A stretch of DNA of 64,000 nucleotides from the human T2T-CHM13v2.0 reference genome, Homo sapiens. The notes beneath the pieces are model-generated. The model had not been told where the DNA came from. It saw only the letters and a list, made by a program, of their open reading frames with translations, and did no database searches. Both the position numbers and the translations under genes were made by a program. Of the stretch, positions 49,974 through 64,000 are shown piece by piece. The number at the start of each line of letters is the position of its first letter. Position 1 is the stretch's first letter. The stretch lies in NCBI RefSeq assembly GCF_009914755.1, contig NC_060925.1, one strand, 5' to 3'.

Positions 49974-50861
49974 CTAACTACATTATGTTATGGTGCCCTG
50001 CTCCTATCTTAGACTTTCTAAGAATCAAGAAAGCCTTCTTCTGGCTGGGTGTGGTGGCTCACGCCTGTAATCCCAGCACTTTGGGAGGCTGAGGCGGGCA
50101 GATCACTTAAGGTTAGGAGTTCGAGACTAGCATGGCCAACATGGTGAAATCCCATCTCTACTAAAAATACAAAAATTAGCTAGGCATGGTGGCATGCACC
50201 TGTAGTGCCAGCTACTTGGGAAGCTGAGGCAGGAGAATCTCTTGAACCAGAAGGCAGAGGTTGCAGTGAGCTGAGATTGCACCACTGTACTCCAGCCTGG
50301 GCAACAGAGCAAGACTCTTGTCTCCAAAAAATAAATAAAATTAAAAGAAAGCCGCCTTGCTCTCCTGTCAATCTAATTCCACCCTAGTCTCTGGCAGAAA
50401 ATAATTGTCTTAAATGAGAAGACTGTGAACTGGACCAATTTCCAGGCTCATTCACCAAGTTTAGGTTCTCTTAACCTGATTCCACTCTTAGTTCCTTTAA
50501 ATTCTTCACCCTCTTCACAGGGTCCACCTCATCCCTGCTGTGTGGGGAGTGGAAAAGGCAGGTTTCTACAAGGAAGGTCCCCCTCCTCTCAGAATCCCCC
50601 TAGTCCCACCTACCCACTGAGTCAGGAGCCAGGAATGTCTGTGGGGGCAGCAGACAGGTATGTCACCCTGGGGGTGTCAGAGGCTGATTCATCTCTCATC
50701 TCCACCCAATCTTCTCCTTACAGCTCTCTGGGAAATTTAACCCTTTGTCTAGAAATAAAAGAGTAAGGGCCCGGCGTGGTGGCTCACGCCTGTAATCCCA
50801 GCACTTTGGGAGGCCGAGGTGGGCAGATCACGAGGTCAGGAGATCGAGACCATCCTGGTCA

Positions 50862-51017
<156 letters not shown>

Positions 51018-51810
51018 CTACTCCAGCCTGGGCGACAGAGCAAGACTCTGTCTTGGAAAAAAAAAAAGAAATAAAAGAGTAAAATCCAGGACTCTGGGCT
51101 GGGCACAGTGGCTCACGCCTGTAATCCCAGCACTTTGGGAGGCCGAGGCAGGTGGATCATGAGGTCAGGAGTTCAAGAACAACCTGGCCAAGATGGTGAA
51201 ACCTGGTCTCTACTAAAAATACAAAAATTTGCCAGGTGTGGTGGCAGGTGCCTGTAATCCCAGCTACTAGGGAGGCTGAGGCAGGAGAATTGCTTGAATC
51301 TGGGAGGCAGAGGTTGCAGTGAGCTGAGATAGATAGCATCACAGCACTCCAGCCTGGGTGACACAGCACAACTTGGCCTAAAAAAAAAAAAAAAAAATCC
51401 AGGACTCGAAAAGCATCATGTCTTCAAATCGGTGGGGCTAGATACAGCATTGAATACATATTATGGTATTAAAGAAATATTTGTTGAAAGAAGGAAGGCA
51501 GGGAGACATTCTCTCCCTTTTCTCCTCTAGAGTAAAGCTAATCTGAGATTTCCTTGTCTGACTGTAGAGAGGAATGACTTTTAGCTCAAAAAAAATTATG
51601 TGAAACTTTCATCTCAAAAAAGATTATGTGACCAGGTGAGGTGGCTCATGCCTGTAATCCCAGCACTTTGGGAGGCCAAGGCAGGCAGATTGCTGGAGCC
51701 CAGGAATTGGAGACTAGCCTGGGCAACATAGTGAGACCCCGTCTCTACTAAAAAGAAATTATGTGACCTCTGAGATTACTGAGATTATATGATTTATGAG
51801 TTGAGGGAAA

Positions 51811-52132
<322 letters not shown>

Positions 52133-54199
52133 AAGGGAAATCTTAACCCATGTCCCAGTCTCCGTTCTTTGCTGTTTCTGTGACTCCACAATGTGGAGGC
52201 TCCAGGATTAAATATAGGAAGAACTTGGAGGTGACAATTCAGTGCAAAGGGAGGCACTAGGGGACATTCCTGGAAGCTACATTGACATGGCAAGCACACT
52301 GCATTAGACTTCACATTTGGCCGGGTGCTCATGCCTGTAATCCCAGCACTCTAGGAGGCTGAGGCAGGAGGATAGCTTGAGCTCAGGAGTTCGAGACCAG
52401 CCTGGGCAAGATGACGAAACCCCATCTCTACAAAAAATACAAAAATTAGTCAGGCATGGTGGCATGGGCCTACAGTCCCAGCTACACAGTAGGCTGAGGT
52501 GGGAGATGGCTTGAGCCTGGAAGGTGGAGGTTGCAGTGAGCTTGGGCAACAGTGCAAGATTCTGTCTCAAAAAAAAAATTCACGTTTATTTGGCATGGCT
52601 GTGAATGGGCCTCTCATGTCCCTCCTCCACAACTGCTTCAGAGTTTTAGAATGAGGAGAAAAAAACAACCTTCGCTGTGCATTCTCATCCAGAGCAATTT
52701 ACCAATACTGTCATTTTTTACTTGTTTTCACTGTCTTTTTTCCACCTCAATTGGCCCCTAAATCCCCACCCCATCTTGTCACAGCCCCTGTCTTGGCCCA
52801 TCTAGACACCTGGGCTTCTGGGGCTGCCTGGAGTTAGCTCCCTGGCTGGAAAAGGTCACACTGGGCTTGAAATGAGGGACACAGGTTTCCACATCTTTAG
52901 CAGGCCTGATGCCATGGAGGTATGTGCTGCAACTCCTTCTAAACGGGACAAGAAAAGAGAGTGAATGGCCCAGATCAGGCTGGGTAAGTAAAGACTCAAA
53001 AGCCAGAGACAAGAGAAGAGAGAGAGGAGGGGACTAGTGTTTTGCTAGAGAATTTCCCTCCAGGATTCCGGGATAATTGGGCCTCTTCACTGCTTTCAAA
53101 ATTGGCGAGGGCCTTAATAGTGCTTGGGTGGGTCTGAAGCCACTCCCCTCCCCCCTCAGGATTCTTGAGAAAGGGACAGAGAATTCCTCAAATCGGCCTT
53201 CCCTTTCTCTTTCCCACAGATCCTAATGGGACCATACTTCCTATATTCTCAGCCACCAGCGGGTGAGCATTTTGCTAATCCAGGCAGACTGGATGTGCTT
53301 CAGCTCTGTGGGCTTTAGGGCCTCACCCTCATGCCTAAGCCTCTTTGTCAGGCTGGAAACCTTTCCAATTACCTGTGGTCCCTGCTAAGTTCTTCCAATT
53401 CTACACTGTCTTCTAATTGTTGAGGTTCCCAGTTCAGAGCCAAGAAATGCATATAACCTAATGTCAGTGGTTAGTAGGGATGACCAGGAAGGTCCCTTCT
53501 AAGACACTCAGAGAGGGCTTCCTCCCTCCCGAAGTTGTAGAGAATTGTCAAGGGAGGTCTGGAGATGAGAAGAGCAATTTCAGACACTATCAGTGAGATG
53601 TAAAGTGGCACATTTTTTGGAAAGCATTTTGGCAACATGAATCCAGAACCTGGAATATGTCAGTTATTTCATTTCCAGGACTACCTCCCAAGTTAAAAAT
53701 CAGAGACTCAGACAATGATTTGGGTACGAGGATATTAATCACACTATTTACAAAAGTAAAAGTTGGTGATGACTTGTAGGCTAGTAGTAGGCTAACCACG
53801 GGAGTATGGATAGGTAAACAATGTTATAGCCAAACCATGGACTATTACCAAAGTGACATTAAAAAGGTTATTTACTTGATTGTTTGAGACAGGGTCTCAC
53901 TCTGTTGCCCAAGCTAGAGTGCAGTGACACAATCATAGTTCACTGCAGCCTCCACCTCCTGGCTCAAGTGATCCTCCCACTTCAGCCTCCCAGAGTCCTG
54001 GAATTACAGGAATTGTATCTATTTTTTATTACATGGAATGGTGTTAACTGAAAAAGGCAGGATACAACACAATTATAAAATATCCCACTTATATAAATGC
54101 AATATCCACCCCAGGTATAAAAATAAGGCTGAAAGAATACATAAAATATCTCCAGGTATTTACAGAGATGAGAAAAAAAGAGAATACACAAAATATACA

Positions 54200-57740
<3,541 letters not shown>

Positions 57741-57813
57741 CTACAGCTGCATGGCTTCCTGCTCCACTGACTGGTTCGAGGGTGCCAGGTACTTCTCCTG
57801 GATGCCCAGTGTG
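57741..57813 (-). CDS. GPN2: GPN2 final coding exon
   Basis: cttcctcag|(S)[26 protein letters not shown]; 73 nt, phase matches the 131-nt exon. Confidence 0.88.
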
Positions 57814-62223
<4,410 letters not shown>

Positions 62224-62354
62224 GAAGAGAAATGGAAGTCGGCTCCCATTGCGGCAGACATCATGGCTTCCAAGCTTCGCTGCTCTTGGGCTCCGAAACA
62301 GTATCCATTGGCTTTATCCACAGCCTGCAGGACTCGCTGGATGCTCTCCTTGTC
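62224..62354 (-). CDS. GPN2: GPN2 (GPN-loop GTPase 2) penultimate coding exon
   Basis: Minus strand ctccctgctcag|[43 protein letters not shown]; GPN-family C-terminal VDKANGY motif; donor TC|GTATCCTT; 131 nt; upstream exons lie beyond the window. Confidence 0.9.
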
Positions 62355-64000
62355 CTGAGCAGGGAGGAGAGAAACAGTTCTGTGAGTGAAACAGAAGTAT
62401 GTAAAACTGCTTGCAATCTCTAAATACACCTTCCTCCATCTTGCCTCTGTACCTGTAGCTTTCTTGGCCTGGAGTAGTTCTACATGTCCCCAAAGGCTGG
62501 ATAAATCTCATGTTTCCTGACCACCAACTCACTCAGATTAGAACAGATAAGCTCCCCTATGCATATCCACAGTCCCCTGGGTTTACACCTATTGTACATG
62601 GTATCCCTGCCATGTAATAAACGCCTATTAACTCACCTGCCTCCCCTACTCAACTAAACACCCCTTAGGGCCAGGTCATCTGTCGCAGTATTCCCAGTGC
62701 CTGGCACAGTACTTCTCTTAAGTAGACATCCAATGAATATGCATGTTTTAAATCTATAACTGGGCCAGGCACGGTGGTTCACACCTGTAAAGCCCAGCAC
62801 TTTGGGAGGCCAAGGCAGGTAGATCACTTAAGGTCAGGAGTTCAAGAGCAGCCTGGCCAACATGGTGAAACCCTGTCTCTACTGAAAATACAAAAATTAG
62901 TTGGGCATGGTGATGGATGCCTGTAATCCCAGTTACTTGGGAAGCTGAGGCAGGAGAATCGGTTGAACCCAGGAGGCAGAGGTTGCAGTGAGCCAAGATA
63001 ACGCACTGCACTCCAGCCTGGGTGACAGAGTGAGACTCCGTCACAAAAAACAAAACAAAACAAAAAAAAACTATAACTGTTTCCTCATCCACATACAGTG
63101 ATAAGAACAGTCCATATATCACATGGTGGGAAGGACAAAGCAAAATTATGTATGTGTAGTCCTTAGCACAGTGCCCAGCACAGAAAGCCATAAATAAGAG
63201 GTAATTGTTGTGATTGATATTATAGAGTTCATCTCCTCATATCAGAAGAGTGTGGCATTAGAAGGGAGGAGACAAGTTAGCTCAAGTCCACCCACTGCAG
63301 AAAGGAATCTAACATGCACCTGCGTCTCCCAGGTTATCTCTGCAGGGTAAAGGTGAGAGGCACAGGGGTTGGGTACCACTTTGCAAAGTCAACAGACAGT
63401 TGCCCAGTTGAAAGGGCTTAAGAGACTTGTCCCTGGTCCTGGTGAACTTTCTTGCTGATGACTTTCTGAACTCACCCATTTTCACAGAGGACAGAACATG
63501 TGAAGAGAGGATCCAGCAACACAAAATAGACAGGGCAAAAGTTTGGTCCACTCTCTTTACTGGAATTCTGCCCCTACAGCAGCCCCTGGTCCTGAAACTA
63601 AGGTTACTCTCAGTGATACTCAACCCAGGGCAAAGACCACTCTTTTTTTTTTTTTTTTTTTGAGATGGAGTCTCACTCTGTCGCCCAGGCTGGAGAGCAA
63701 TGGCGTGGTCTCGGCTCACTGCAAGCTCTGCCTCACGGGTTCACGCCATTCTCCTGCCTCAGCCTCCTGAGTAGCTGGGACTACAGGCACCTGCTACCAC
63801 GCCCAGCTAATTTTTTGTATTTTTAGTAGAGACGGGGTTTCACTGGGTTAGCCAGGATGGTCTCGATCTCCTGACCTCATGATCTGCCCACCTCGGCCTC
63901 CCAAAGTGCTAGGATTAGAGGCTTGAGCAACCGCGCCCAGCCGGCAAAGACCATTCTTTAAGCCCTCAAAGCTTCCTGTGCTTTTGGCTTGGTGAATCCC

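Overview
This is human genomic DNA: Alu-dense, with human-lineage AluYb8 and AluYg6 copies, and a gene order matching 1p36.11. It holds the complete 8-exon ZDHHC18 palmitoyltransferase gene (+; CDS 4872..31918, reconstructed as 1167 nt = 388 aa + stop), the intronless SFN/14-3-3 sigma gene (+; 41288..42034) and the last two coding exons plus 3' UTR of GPN2 (-). Almost all other ORFs in the track are Alu- or GC-derived noise. Notable sequence observations: (1) two minor-spliceosome (U12) introns, an AT-AC intron in ZDHHC18 and a GT-AG U12 terminal intron in GPN2; (2) a ~75-nt insert inside an Alu stitched from two distant local templates, one direct and one inverted; (3) a ~50-nt hairpin-forming element that looks retroposed; (4) an orphan CpG-rich promoter-like block just downstream of SFN; (5) p53 elements upstream of SFN; (6) tandem poly(A) sites, which in GPN2 would include or exclude inverted Alus; (7) young Alu insertions. 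I see no evidence for a novel protein-coding system. Repeat family names are from recalled consensus sequences, not a database search.
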